Shown here: positions 17,005-26,988 of the stretch, piece by piece
How positions within the stretch are numbered: position 1 is the stretch's first letter
Layout: every line of letters begins with the position of its first letter
Source: an uncultured archaeon
Lineage (GTDB): Archaea > Asgardarchaeota > Thorarchaeia > Thorarchaeales > Thorarchaeaceae
Length of the DNA stretch: 32,000 nt
Direction of reading: 5' to 3'
Assembly: GCA_964648855.1 (NCBI GenBank)
Contig: CAZYLT010000012.1
Coordinates: forward strand, 64,337-96,336
Made by a program: the position numbers and the translations under genes
The notes under the pieces: model-generated
What the model saw: only the letters and a program-made list of their open reading frames with translations
What the model was told of the DNA's origin: nothing
The model's database searches: none

Positions 17005-18378
17005 CTATGCGAAATCATCTTCGTGAAGTGCTTCGATTACCCCTTGAGCAGAGTTAGCGGCTTGTTGAAGGCCCACTCCTGAACCAGCAGTATCAGTCCC
17101 CACGATGTAGAGTCCTCTCAAGGGCGTTCTAGGGCCTGGGCGGTCTAAATCGGTCTGACCGGGAACGAGAGCTGCTCGGGTTGCATATGATGTCTGAAGA
17201 TGCTCCATTTCTATGTTCTCAAGAATTTCTGGGTAGTAGGTATCTATTCCGTTACCCTTCATTTGTTCGACCTGTTCTTCTAAGGAGATGGATTCATCAC
17301 GCATCATCGCAAGACCAATGAGCTCCTTGCCCTCAGGAGCGCAGGTGGGGTCAAAACTTGATAAGGAGATTATCCAGCGGTTCGGCTCGGGATACACCAA
17401 GACTCGAGACTTTCTATCACCGATGACGACCTTTTCAAGTCCAAGCCAAAGCGTGACACCTTCCGTGATTTGCATCGAGTCATAGTTGTTAAAGAATTCC
17501 TTGACTTCACCCCGGTCGGATTCAATGATGCTTGACATAGACCATAGGGGAATGTTGCTGATGATTCGAGTGTGTCTGATTTCTTGTTTATCAACGGTAA
17601 GAGATAATGTTCCATCTGGAGTTTCTGAAATCTTGTCTACTCTGGAGTTCAAGACATAGTCCCCGGAAATGGCATCTTTGACTCGTTCAACCAGATTGTT
17701 CATGCCCCCGATAACATATCCTTCGTCGTATTCGTCAGAACCAAACAGCAGCCTCTTTGCGGATTCTACCTTCGAAGTTTCCCTATCCGTGTCTTTCAAT
17801 GTGCGTAGGGCTTCATAAGCTGACGCCTCAGTGATTGGAACGCCTGCAGCCATATAGATAGCGCTCTGCATAACGTCCAGCATGACTTGATTTGTAGCAT
17901 CTTGAGATTCCATAAATTCGTGAAAGGTGATATCCTTGTATTCCTTCATCTCAGCTAGCTTCATGGTCTTGATTTTTGCACCAATCCTTGCAAGGCCTAA
18001 TCTTCCCCTCAGACCTGTCAGCGGCCAACGGAGAGTTTCACCAATGCTGGTTGGTATTGTGCCAACTTTATCGTTGACTCGGAAATACCATCCATCATGG
18101 AGAACGAACTCTGGAGGGGGGTCAAGGTTTTCTCTCATGAATTCTGCAAAAGCACCTCGCTTTACACGCGTAATCATATGAAGACCATTATCTACCCGAT
18201 ACCCATCCGTTTCATATCCATGCCATACACCGCCCAGACGGTCAGCCTCGTCTATAACGAGGACTCGCTTATTCAATGCTGAGAGACCTAAGGCAGTCAA
18301 AAGCCCACCTGCACCTGCACCAGCGATGATGAAATCATATGAAGATACATCAACCTCGTTAGACGAAATCTCCTGCAT
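17005..18378 (-). CDS. FAD-dependent oxidoreductase, phytoene desaturase-like (COG1233)
   Basis: IAGAGAGGL, LGGVW...GYRVDNGLH, DPTCAPEGKE, RTPLRGLYIVG. Confidence 0.85.
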   Translation of the reverse strand: MQEISSNEVDVSSYDFIIAGAGAGGLLTALGLSALNKRVLVIDEADRLGGVWHGYETDGYRVDNGLHMITRVKRGAFAEFMRENLDPPPEFVLHDGWYFRVNDKVGTIPTSIGETLRWPLTGLRGRLGLARIGAKIKTMKLAEMKEYKDITFHEFMESQDATNQVMLDVMQSAIYMAAGVPITEASAYEALRTLKDTDRETSKVESAKRLLFGSDEYDEGYVIGGMNNLVERVKDAISGDYVLNSRVDKISETPDGTLSLTVDKQEIRHTRIISNIPLWSMSSIIESDRGEVKEFFNNYDSMQITEGVTLWLGLEKVVIGDRKSRVLVYPEPNRWIISLSSFDPTCAPEGKELIGLAMMRDESISLEEQVEQMKGNGIDTYYPEILENIEMEHLQTSYATRAALVPGQTDLDRPGPRTPLRGLYIVGTDTAGSGVGLQQAANSAQGVIEALHEDDFA

Positions 18379-18432
18379 TTCAGAATCGAGTTTTATCGAC
18401 CACGTGACTACTTAAGCATGTTCAAAGAAGAA

Positions 18433-19539
18433 CTAGAGAAGGGCAATGCATCGGTTCTTGTCGGTTGATTCATAGGCTGCATCCACAATATTGTGTGCTG
18501 CAACTGCGTCACCGAAATCTGGCGTAGGCGATTTATTTTCCTTGACAGCCCTTAGGAATGCATAATCCAATGCAGTATATCTTTCTGATCCAACAGAAGT
18601 AAGCGCTTCTATGGCAGCAGGGCGGACATCTTTACATTCAAGACCTAGTTTGTCGAGAAGTGCCGAATTGGCGGTTTCGCTCCACACTTTTACTGGGGCA
18701 TCTCCCTGTAAATGGTATTCCAGATAGCGTTTATCTGATTCCAAACTAATGCCGATATAGCCCTTCTCAAAAAAGAACTCCAGATACCGTTCGTTTGGTC
18801 GCTCGACCCAATGCCAAACAGAGTCCAAGGTACTGGCTGCGCCAGTTGTGTGGTTGATTATTACAGATGCATGGTCCTCAACATCTCGACCAGCGAAGTG
18901 ATTGGTTTTAGCATACACACTCTCAATGTCTCCAAGAAACCAATTTAGAGTGTCGATATCATGGATGCTATGTTCGATCAATGTCCCGCCCCCTGCGATT
19001 GTCTTGTTGGCGCGCCAGTGGCTATAATAGATATAATCAACAGGAAATCTCTGGTCATCTCTGATATGTGCAAGCATGGGGGTTCCAAAATCATGCTCGT
19101 CGACCAGTTTCTTAGCATATAGGAGGAATTGGTCATAACGTAGTACCAGACCTACGCCGGCAGCTACTCCAGCATCCCTTGTGGCGGCCATCATGACCTG
19201 TGCTTGGGGAGATGATCGAGCCAAGGGTTTCTCACAGAAAACCGCCTTATGATTCTTCGCCGCTTCTTTGACCATGTCACTATGCAGATTAGTAGGTGTA
19301 CAAACGTAGATGATATCAACATCAGGGCTTTCTATCAGCTCATCGTAGTCTACATATGTTGTTTTTATATCAAAAAGCTCAGCTGCCCGATTGAGTGATT
19401 CTTGATCAGTGTCGCATACTGCTGCAATATCTATATCCAGAAGACCTGCTTTCTGCAATGATGCGAAACTTATCAGATGGATCTTCCCGATGTTTCCAGT
19501 TCCGATAAGACCCACATGCAAGGCATCTTTGTTGCTCAA
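18433..19539 (-). CDS. Gfo/Idh/MocA family oxidoreductase
   Basis: GLIGTGNIG, CTPTNLH, CEKPLA, GGGTLIEHSIHDID. Confidence 0.93.
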   Translation of the reverse strand: MSNKDALHVGLIGTGNIGKIHLISFASLQKAGLLDIDIAAVCDTDQESLNRAAELFDIKTTYVDYDELIESPDVDIIYVCTPTNLHSDMVKEAAKNHKAVFCEKPLARSSPQAQVMMAATRDAGVAAGVGLVLRYDQFLLYAKKLVDEHDFGTPMLAHIRDDQRFPVDYIYYSHWRANKTIAGGGTLIEHSIHDIDTLNWFLGDIESVYAKTNHFAGRDVEDHASVIINHTTGAASTLDSVWHWVERPNERYLEFFFEKGYIGISLESDKRYLEYHLQGDAPVKVWSETANSALLDKLGLECKDVRPAAIEALTSVGSERYTALDYAFLRAVKENKSPTPDFGDAVAAHNIVDAAYESTDKNRCIALL

Positions 19540-19681
19540 TGCAACTCCCTTACTTTACTTCCGGTACTCCCACATATTATCCTTTTGTTAAGTGGATAAG
19601 TGTATCACAAATCACTTTATGACAAGCCATATGTAGTTGGATACTAGAAGAAACATCTAACAACCTCAGGCATTCTTCGAT

Positions 19682-21535
19682 ATGGTGATAACGGTGGCTT
19701 CCGACAAGGAAAAACTTGCAAAAGCAATGGAGGCGCTCAAGAAGGGAAAGAATGATGTTGCTCAGATTCTCCTATCACAAATCGCAGATAGTTTTGCATT
19801 ACAAGGGTTGCATTCCAAAGCTGCAAATCTGTATGAGAAAGTTGCCATCCTAGGGTATCAACTCGACAAGACAGAAGTTGCTCTCAGAGCGATTGAGAAT
19901 GCTACTCTTATGTATGTGCGATTGTCTGACGAAGGGGTATACAAGGACATTGTGCGCCTAAATGAGAGGGGCTCCAAAATAGCAGAGAAAGCAGAAATGT
20001 ATGAAAGAGCAGCAGATGGTTACTTCAGAGCCTTAGATTTTGCAGCATCGGAACAAGAAAGAGATCGCCTAACCTGCAAGGCCGCGGACGCACTTGAGAA
20101 TCTTGCAGATATATTCGAAGAGAGAAAGGAGTTTGAGGAAGCTGTTAACACACTCAAAAAAGTTGGACGTCTTTACTATTCTGCAGGAGACCGCGAATTA
20201 GGATTAAGAATCCATGAAAGAGCGATAAGAGTTGCAATCCGTTGGGCAGACCAAGCAAAAGATTCGAAGAACTATTTGGCAGCAGGAAATGCTTTGGCTG
20301 AGGCAGCACAGATCATTCAGAATCAGGGAGATAATGTTGAGGCAGCACGTTTAATGATGGAGGCGGGAGAATATTATGAGAAGGGCGAATTGCATGAGAA
20401 AGCAGGGAATATCTATGATGCGGCACAGGAAGCTTACGATTTTGAGCGATTGACCAGTGCTACAAAGCAGGCTATGGCCCAAGCGGCAGAAGCGTATATG
20501 AAGATGGAAGGAAAACCGCAAGTTCTCGCTCCGCTTCTGGTAAAGGCTGGAGATATGTTCTCTGAACTTGGTCGTGTTATGAAAGCAAAATGGGCATACA
20601 AGCGAGCCAGTGAGCTCTTTGCTGAATTGGCTAAGAATGCAGCTGAAGAGGGAGATATCGATTCTGAAAAAACGAATCTTAGATATCGGGCGATGGGTCT
20701 AAGAAAATGGGGTAGAGAGAGAGAAGCTGATGAAATCTATACAGAAGTTGCCCAGTACTATCTCAACCAAGCAAAAAGAGAAGAAGAAAGAGGCGATGTC
20801 GAGAGGCAAGGCCTTTCGCTGGAGGAAGCATCAAAGGTTCTCTATGAGTACGGGGATGAAGAGAAAGCTCAAAGCAGCCTGAAACAAGCAATGGAGATAT
20901 ACCGCAACTTGGCTCAAACTGCCACTGATTCAGAGGAACCAGAGGATGCTTCGAAATTCTTTGGGAGGGCCGCGGAATGCGCTGGACGCCTTGGAGATAA
21001 GGAAAGAGAGAAGGAGTTTCATATCCTTGCGAGCAAACGAGCTGAAGATGCTGCGAAATACTTTGCAGATGTGGGTTTGAAGCAATTGTCAACAATTTGG
21101 AAGAGAACTGCAGCAGAAGAAGCCCTGAATACTCACAATCCAGATATGGTTGACAGAGCGATTGAGCTTCTGAAGCAATCGGTAGAGGGATTTCAGGATA
21201 CAGGAGAACTCAAAGAAGCCTTTGAGGACTTGTACACAATTTTCTTCACGGTGTATATGCAAAAGCCCCAGGAGAGATCGAAGCTGGATGGCATTGTAGA
21301 ACAAATGAATGACATTGCAATAGATGAACGCGACCTCTACTACTCCTCCATGGTGAATGTCATTCGGGCAGTTAATAAATCCGATAAAATTGGTGCACTA
21401 TTAGCATTTCAAGAACAGGAAGACGAGCTCATTGGGAAAAGAGAGTCATTGAGGTCGCTTATTGAATCCGTCGAACCACCAGAAGAATCCGAGGATGAGG
21501 CTCCCAGAGACTCGACTCACTGGCTTTACAAGTAG
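19682..21535 (+). CDS. Alpha-solenoid TPR/SNAP-like repeat protein
   Basis: All-helical, with recurring KAANLYEK, RAADGYFRA, AAGNALAEAA, KAGNIYDAA, KAGDMF and FGRAAEC units. Confidence 0.7.
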   Translation: MVITVASDKEKLAKAMEALKKGKNDVAQILLSQIADSFALQGLHSKAANLYEKVAILGYQLDKTEVALRAIENATLMYVRLSDEGVYKDIVRLNERGSKIAEKAEMYERAADGYFRALDFAASEQERDRLTCKAADALENLADIFEERKEFEEAVNTLKKVGRLYYSAGDRELGLRIHERAIRVAIRWADQAKDSKNYLAAGNALAEAAQIIQNQGDNVEAARLMMEAGEYYEKGELHEKAGNIYDAAQEAYDFERLTSATKQAMAQAAEAYMKMEGKPQVLAPLLVKAGDMFSELGRVMKAKWAYKRASELFAELAKNAAEEGDIDSEKTNLRYRAMGLRKWGREREADEIYTEVAQYYLNQAKREEERGDVERQGLSLEEASKVLYEYGDEEKAQSSLKQAMEIYRNLAQTATDSEEPEDASKFFGRAAECAGRLGDKEREKEFHILASKRAEDAAKYFADVGLKQLSTIWKRTAAEEALNTHNPDMVDRAIELLKQSVEGFQDTGELKEAFEDLYTIFFTVYMQKPQERSKLDGIVEQMNDIAIDERDLYYSSMVNVIRAVNKSDKIGALLAFQEQEDELIGKRESLRSLIESVEPPEESEDEAPRDSTHWLYK

Positions 21536-21596
21536 GAAGAGCAAGCTTAAACCATCAAGAGCTATCTCAAGCACAGATAACATAGCATTAGAAGAG

Positions 21597-22025
21597 ATGA
21601 TACTAGTGGGCACTTTTACAGATACCTTAGAGTTTGAAACGAATGGTCATTGTGACATGATAGACATTACCGAACGGGTTCAGAATGTTGTAACACAGAG
21701 TGAGATGAATACGGGTATTTGCACTGTTTTTGTGCCCGGATCGACCGCATCCATTATCACCATTGAGTATGAGAAAGGGCTTCTGAAGGACTTCCCTGAT
21801 GCCATGGAGAGAATTGGTCCGAAAGATGCAGTTTACGAACACCATCTTAGATGGAGGGATGGCAATGGGCACTCTCATGTCAGGGCCTCCGTAGTTGGAC
21901 CCAGTCTCACAATCCCCTTCGTAAATGGTGAGCTAACTCTGGGAACTTGGCAACAAGTAACATTTGTTGATTTTGACAATAGGCCCCGAGCTAGAACAGT
22001 TCAACTAGTGCTGATCGGCGAGTGA
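21597..22025 (+). CDS. yjbQ: YjbQ/UPF0047 family protein
   Basis: DITERV, PGSTAS, DGNGHSHVRAS, LGTWQ, DFDNRPRAR. Start ATG 21597 or GTG 21606. Confidence 0.9.
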   Translation: MILVGTFTDTLEFETNGHCDMIDITERVQNVVTQSEMNTGICTVFVPGSTASIITIEYEKGLLKDFPDAMERIGPKDAVYEHHLRWRDGNGHSHVRASVVGPSLTIPFVNGELTLGTWQQVTFVDFDNRPRARTVQLVLIGE

Positions 22026-22295
22026 CTAGTAAAATTCCGCACTGGGGTCAAGATCCCATGAGAGCTCCCGGATTGATTCGGGAACAGGGGTGGTCTCTCT
22101 TATTTTCAGGGCGAGATAGTGGATTCTTAATGCTCGTCTCAGGCGGTGTAAATGATAGGGCATTGTCCAACCAGGCGGACTATTACGATATTGGGTAGTA
22201 TCCATAAGATCTCTGACAGTGTCAAGTTCACGCTGAATTTGCGCTTTTATGTCATCAATCTCGCGGTTTATCGTAGGTTCGCCTCTATATCTCAT
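22026..22295 (-). CDS. Small hypothetical helical protein
   Basis: GAGGAG before the ATG, a TATA-like box about 26 nt upstream, and it fills the intergenic gap; no recognisable motif. Confidence 0.6.
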   Translation of the reverse strand: MRYRGEPTINREIDDIKAQIQRELDTVRDLMDTTQYRNSPPGWTMPYHLHRLRRALRIHYLALKIRETTPVPESIRELSWDLDPSAEFY

Positions 22296-22344
22296 GAAAT
22301 CTCCTCGTCATGAATCAGACTAATAAGCTTTCAAATAATCTAGT

Positions 22345-22362
22345 GTATTACTGAAGTAATAC
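22345..22362. promoter_or_regulatory. Perfect inverted repeat, candidate operator
   Basis: GTATTACT-GA-AGTAATAC just upstream of the minus-strand GAAAGCTTATTA promoter box at 22321-22332. Confidence 0.45.
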
Positions 22363-22388
22363 GCGCCAAATAGCGAAAATTCAGTGTA

Positions 22389-22913
22389 TCAGGGGATATG
22401 TTCCTTCTTCACGGCGCGTCGCCGCATTTCTGTGCCACAAACAGGGCACATCTTGCCTTCATCTACGGTCTTGCTCGTATGCCCACATGCAGGGCAATGG
22501 TATGTCCATTTGATGCGTCTTTTCATTCGCCCAGATGGGTCTAGGACTTCTAGCCCCAGATGACTAGCGGTATTCAGCACAGCTAAATCAGTAGAAACAA
22601 GGACAATATCATCGCTTGTTGTTGCCTTCTCAAGAGCAAGAGCAATTATTCCTATATCAGTGGGCGATAAAGTAGGTGCGTCGCCATATTGCATGGCTGC
22701 TTTCTCTGCCTTTTTCATTTGTTCCTCAGACGGCTCTTGAACAAATAGGCGACCAACAGAAATCAAAGTGTCAATTCTAGTCTTGCTGGGTCTGTTTTCC
22801 ACTTCGTCAATGACCGAGGGAGTTGTAAAAAGGTCGCTCTCACGGATTTTCTGGGTCCAAGTAGACAATAATACACCAGTGTCCAATACATACTCTCGCA
22901 TTATCCCAGTCAC
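22389..22913 (-). CDS. nob1: Nob1 rRNA-maturation endonuclease (PIN + Zn ribbon)
   Basis: VLDTGVL, LSPTDIGIIALA, STDLAVLN, CPACG...CPVCG. Confidence 0.9.
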   Translation of the reverse strand: MTGIMREYVLDTGVLLSTWTQKIRESDLFTTPSVIDEVENRPSKTRIDTLISVGRLFVQEPSEEQMKKAEKAAMQYGDAPTLSPTDIGIIALALEKATTSDDIVLVSTDLAVLNTASHLGLEVLDPSGRMKRRIKWTYHCPACGHTSKTVDEGKMCPVCGTEMRRRAVKKEHIP

Positions 22914-23783
22914 CTATCGTGTGCGCGGCACAAGTCTAGTGTTGAGTCGGTCATAGTAATTATCCTCTAACCTTATGAATCGCGTAACGGTGTCGGATTT
23001 GCGAATCCACACTTTCTCGAACTCGTCGACTTCATAGCGTATTTGACCGTCTATTACAGCAAGACCAGGCGCGCCCTTCTTGACGAGTTCCAGTTCCAGA
23101 GTACTAGTATCTGGAATAACTAACGACTTCAGTTCAAATCTTGGGGGGCAAACTGGAACGAATATCAAACCATGAACATTTGGTGTAAGGATGGAGCCAC
23201 CCGCGGCCAAGGCATATGCTGTAGATCCGTTGGGGGTGGCAAGCATCGCTCCGTCAGCTCGACCATAATCAACTCGTGTTCCGTCTAATGTGACCTGAAA
23301 GGTTAGAAGACGGCCTGGGATTCGCGATACCACGTAAACTTCATTGAGTGCCTCTTCAAAGGTTCTGTCCCCCACCCCGGCAGCAAGATTGATGCTACTC
23401 TCAATTACTGCTTTATTCTCTAAGACCTGCTTCAGGACATTCACTGCGTTAGTGGTACTTGCTTCAGTCATAAAGCCAACAGTCCCCCTATTTACGCAAA
23501 ACAGGGGAATTTCTCGATCAGGAAGCCGTGATAGAGTATAGAGAATTGTGCCATCACCCCCAATAGTAATGACAAAATCCACATCCATCTTTGAGATTTT
23601 CACTGGATCCAGTCTGCCATGAGTTGCATGACAAGAGCCCTCATCCACTTGAACATTGATATCTTTCGACAGAAGCAGATCGGCTAATACCGAAGCAGTC
23701 TTCTCAGCTTCAGGCCGTCCTGGCTTGCAGACAAGCCCAACTGATTTCTTATCTGAAAGAATCTGTGGATTCTCCTCAATCAT
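22914..23783 (-). CDS. nadK: NAD kinase
   Basis: GGDGTIL, GTVGF, ALNE, ADG...TPNGSTAYALAAGG. Confidence 0.95.
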   Translation of the reverse strand: MIEENPQILSDKKSVGLVCKPGRPEAEKTASVLADLLLSKDINVQVDEGSCHATHGRLDPVKISKMDVDFVITIGGDGTILYTLSRLPDREIPLFCVNRGTVGFMTEASTTNAVNVLKQVLENKAVIESSINLAAGVGDRTFEEALNEVYVVSRIPGRLLTFQVTLDGTRVDYGRADGAMLATPNGSTAYALAAGGSILTPNVHGLIFVPVCPPRFELKSLVIPDTSTLELELVKKGAPGLAVIDGQIRYEVDEFEKVWIRKSDTVTRFIRLEDNYYDRLNTRLVPRTR

Positions 23784-23840
23784 CTTTTCGCCACGTCCGA
23801 TATCGATGACTTGTTCTAAGTAGCCTTTTACTCTTGCGGA

Positions 23841-23897
23841 GTGGGCTTAAGTGAAATCAGACCCGCGTGCAAACGCCCGAATGTGAAGGCCCACATG
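23841..23897 (+). ncRNA. Candidate structured RNA (hairpin with GNRA loop and 3' ACA)
   Basis: GGGCTT/AGGCCC basal stem followed by ACA, with an apical GCGT-GCAA-ACGC hairpin. Confidence 0.25.
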
Positions 23898-24046
23898 TAA
23901 ACGGTAACTAATGAAAAGACATCTAATCGAGAAATCACTAATATGCCAAAATTGACAATACTGGGGAAAGAAAAAGTATAATTGGGAGGTTCAAGACGTT
24001 GGTTCTGAATAGGTCTGCAATAAAACAGACATTAGGGTGACCAACA

Positions 24047-24445
24047 TTGAGCATTAAGAAAACATCTGCAAAATCTTTGAAACCCGGAAGCTATGTCGTG
24101 ATTGATGGCGAACCATGCAAAGTGACAAGTATTGAGAAGTCTAAGCCAGGGAAACATGGGTCCGCCAAGGCAAATATTACTGCAATTGGTTTCTTTGATA
24201 ACCGAAAAAGAAACGTGATAATGCCTGCAGACCGCATGGTCGATGTTCCCATTATCGACAAACGTTCCGCTACAGTAATTGCGGAGATGGGAGAACGGTA
24301 TACTCTGATGGACACAGAAACCTACGAGACCTATGATATCAAGAAGCCAGCAGACCCGGAAATTGCGAGCAAGATGGAGCTCAATAAAGAAGTTGAAGTC
24401 TGGGAACTCATGGGCGAGCGAGTCATTACCAGAGTAAAGAATTAG
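24047..24445 (+). CDS. eif5a: Translation factor aIF5A/eIF5A
   Basis: SKPGKHGSAK hypusination motif and VPIIDKR; TTG start after a GGGTGA SD. Confidence 0.96.
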   Translation: MSIKKTSAKSLKPGSYVVIDGEPCKVTSIEKSKPGKHGSAKANITAIGFFDNRKRNVIMPADRMVDVPIIDKRSATVIAEMGERYTLMDTETYETYDIKKPADPEIASKMELNKEVEVWELMGERVITRVKN

Positions 24446-24528
24446 CGCCAATTGTTGCACAGTTATCAGAAGGACCCTGTCAACTTATCACAGACAAGGA
24501 AAATCCATACCAAAAGGGGCTAGGCAGT

Positions 24529-24966
24529 ATGAACCATTCCAATGTGGATGAAAAGGATAGAAAGATAATAGATATCCTAGGCGAAAACTCCCGAAGCTCA
24601 TTGAGGGACATCGGAGATGAGGTGAAACTCAGCCCAAGCTCAGTTCGCAACAGGATGACTTCCCTCATAGAGGACGGAGTGATTCACCGTTACACAGTTG
24701 ATGTTGATCATAGAAAACTTGGCTATGAGGTTCAGGTGATTGTCTTGATCACAGCGAAGCCAGGCTTTTCTGAGGAGCTATATTGGAAACTGAGATCCTA
24801 TGAGCAAATATCCCTAGTATATTGGACATCGGGTCCGGCAAACTTTGTTTCATTACTCCGCTTCAGAAACATGCAGGAGCTTTCCAAGTTCATGACTGAG
24901 AAACTTGAGAAACTCGATGGAATAGAACGTGTTGAGAGCATGTTTGTTATGCCTCCACCGGAATGA
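24529..24966 (+). CDS. Lrp/AsnC family transcriptional regulator
   Basis: DEKDRKIIDIL...NSRSSLRDIG...SVRNRMTSL..GVI, followed by a RAM domain. Confidence 0.92.
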   Translation: MNHSNVDEKDRKIIDILGENSRSSLRDIGDEVKLSPSSVRNRMTSLIEDGVIHRYTVDVDHRKLGYEVQVIVLITAKPGFSEELYWKLRSYEQISLVYWTSGPANFVSLLRFRNMQELSKFMTEKLEKLDGIERVESMFVMPPPE

Positions 24967-25074
24967 AGAGGCCCAAATCGTAATCACCAGGAAACACGGC
25001 GAAATTCTCGCAGGCAACCTTCATATTATATTGATGCAATCTAAAATCTACTGACTCGTGGATGGGTTATAGAT

Positions 25075-26988
25075 TTGAGTGAGGATGGTTCACCAATTGG
25101 GAAGCGGCTAAAACGAACTGGAAAGATGCTGCTCGATGGTGCAGAAAAGCAAGTGAGTGATTATAGAGATAGATTTGATAGTCTCTCAGGTGCTTTTGAT
25201 GACCTTCTCTGCGATTTTATGAGGTCATATCCGCAGGAGAAGCTCGACACAGATTTCGCAGACGAGTTCTTCGGCAAGAATCGCCTGTATTTCCGTGGAA
25301 TTGACGGTACAGTCTGCAAGAATCCCGTTTTCGACCTAATCATCTTTTTTGCTGGAGCCTATTCATCAGGAGGGTATCTTGATGTCAAGAATGATGGTGA
25401 ATTCGATATAGTATATGATGAAAATCATCTGGAGTCGGGTATTGGGATTTCAAGTGTTTTACCGGTCTACATAAGTGAGGTTCCTGATATTGACAAGAAG
25501 GTTACACCACGTGATGAAGAAGGTTACGTTGACCCTGCAATATCATATTCTGATGCTTGGATTATTGACAACTCGGCTATTGCAGACTATATGATGGGAT
25601 TTGCGGAGTTCTATCTAGGATACAAGTCAGTATCGAGAAAGAATCCGGTGGACATACTTTTTCTGGATAGAATACTCTCTTCCGAGGTTTCATCATTCTA
25701 TGCTGAAACCTCACCATCAAGAGTTAGGCTTGACAAGGAGTCAGCGATTATTGGCAATTCATTTGATGGTGAGGTGTATACACCAGCTGATTGGATTTAT
25801 GCCCGCAGACTATTTGGCAATCCCAAGCTTGGCACACCCCCGCCGCGTGGGGAATATATCCTTCCACGTGTGATGAATGAGTTGATTGAAGATAATGGAC
25901 TAACTGAAGAACAGCTTGCCAAGCGTCTAGGTATCGACACAGAAGCTCGAAGAAAGCGGTTACATAGTGAACTAAAGAAAGGCACTAAGGCCTACGCCGG
26001 GACTGAACCGGTTCTAGAGGTCATGGGAGATAAATTCAGTGTTCGCTCGGGGGTCTTGAGCCTACATGAACGAACTGAGTCTATACTAGGAGAAATTGGT
26101 GAGAAAATTTTTTCAGAAGGAATCGACATTTCGGTGCAAGACCGGTTCAAAATCGACTCACACTGGCTTACTACAGTAGACTTCTCATTCCTTAGTCTCA
26201 TGTCGATTTATTTTATGGTTGAAAACTGTCACAAGAACAATATACTTCTCCTCGGTATTGCCAAGGACACATCAGCAAGAGACCTGAAGCGGCAAGTCAT
26301 CCCAACTCTTAATCACACAAAAATCTATGATGGAGGGTTTGGTCCAGCAGCCTCTCAGGTTCCCGATACTGATAGAATGATTCTTCAATGGACATCCTTG
26401 AAGGCTCGAGATAAGATTCCTGTGCCATGGGCTACCATTGAATATGATACTGCATTCAAAACAATCATTCCACATTTTGATAGAAAACAAGATTTGGTAT
26501 CAGGAGCAAGAAGGAATCAGATATCTCTTGAGAAGACCTTCGCGAAGTCCTATTTTCAGTTATCACAAGCAAAGTCGGACCCCAAATTGAGAAGTAATGT
26601 ATTGCTCTATGATAGGCTCGTATATCCTTCATTTGACACAAATGAGAATCAAGTGACGCGGTTACAGCATGACTATACTGGAGACCCAGCAGAACCAGAA
26701 CCGGTCGATTTAATTCTCTACCTTGAAGCCGAAAATAGTGTACAGCAGTTTATTATAACTCTCATGAGAGCAATGACTAGTTCGAGTATTCCAGAGCTAT
26801 TTGGGCATCTAAAGCCACTATATGTAGCGGACAAGGTTGCAAAATACTATTACCAGCAATTCGACTCAATTGTTCGCAGCACAGCAAACTGGCTGGTTAA
26901 CCGCCCAAGCCTTAGAGAATTTCTATTCTATTTGAGCACTTTTAGAGAAAGGAGGACAGAACATGAAGAAACAAGAAGAATTTCCTGA
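25075..26988 (+). CDS. Large NurA-family nuclease with internal HTH-like insertion
   Basis: GIDGT, LFLDR, GIAKDT, GHLKPLYVADKVAK; overlaps the downstream HerA gene. Confidence 0.75.
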   Translation: MSEDGSPIGKRLKRTGKMLLDGAEKQVSDYRDRFDSLSGAFDDLLCDFMRSYPQEKLDTDFADEFFGKNRLYFRGIDGTVCKNPVFDLIIFFAGAYSSGGYLDVKNDGEFDIVYDENHLESGIGISSVLPVYISEVPDIDKKVTPRDEEGYVDPAISYSDAWIIDNSAIADYMMGFAEFYLGYKSVSRKNPVDILFLDRILSSEVSSFYAETSPSRVRLDKESAIIGNSFDGEVYTPADWIYARRLFGNPKLGTPPPRGEYILPRVMNELIEDNGLTEEQLAKRLGIDTEARRKRLHSELKKGTKAYAGTEPVLEVMGDKFSVRSGVLSLHERTESILGEIGEKIFSEGIDISVQDRFKIDSHWLTTVDFSFLSLMSIYFMVENCHKNNILLLGIAKDTSARDLKRQVIPTLNHTKIYDGGFGPAASQVPDTDRMILQWTSLKARDKIPVPWATIEYDTAFKTIIPHFDRKQDLVSGARRNQISLEKTFAKSYFQLSQAKSDPKLRSNVLLYDRLVYPSFDTNENQVTRLQHDYTGDPAEPEPVDLILYLEAENSVQQFIITLMRAMTSSSIPELFGHLKPLYVADKVAKYYYQQFDSIVRSTANWLVNRPSLREFLFYLSTFRERRTEHEETRRIS

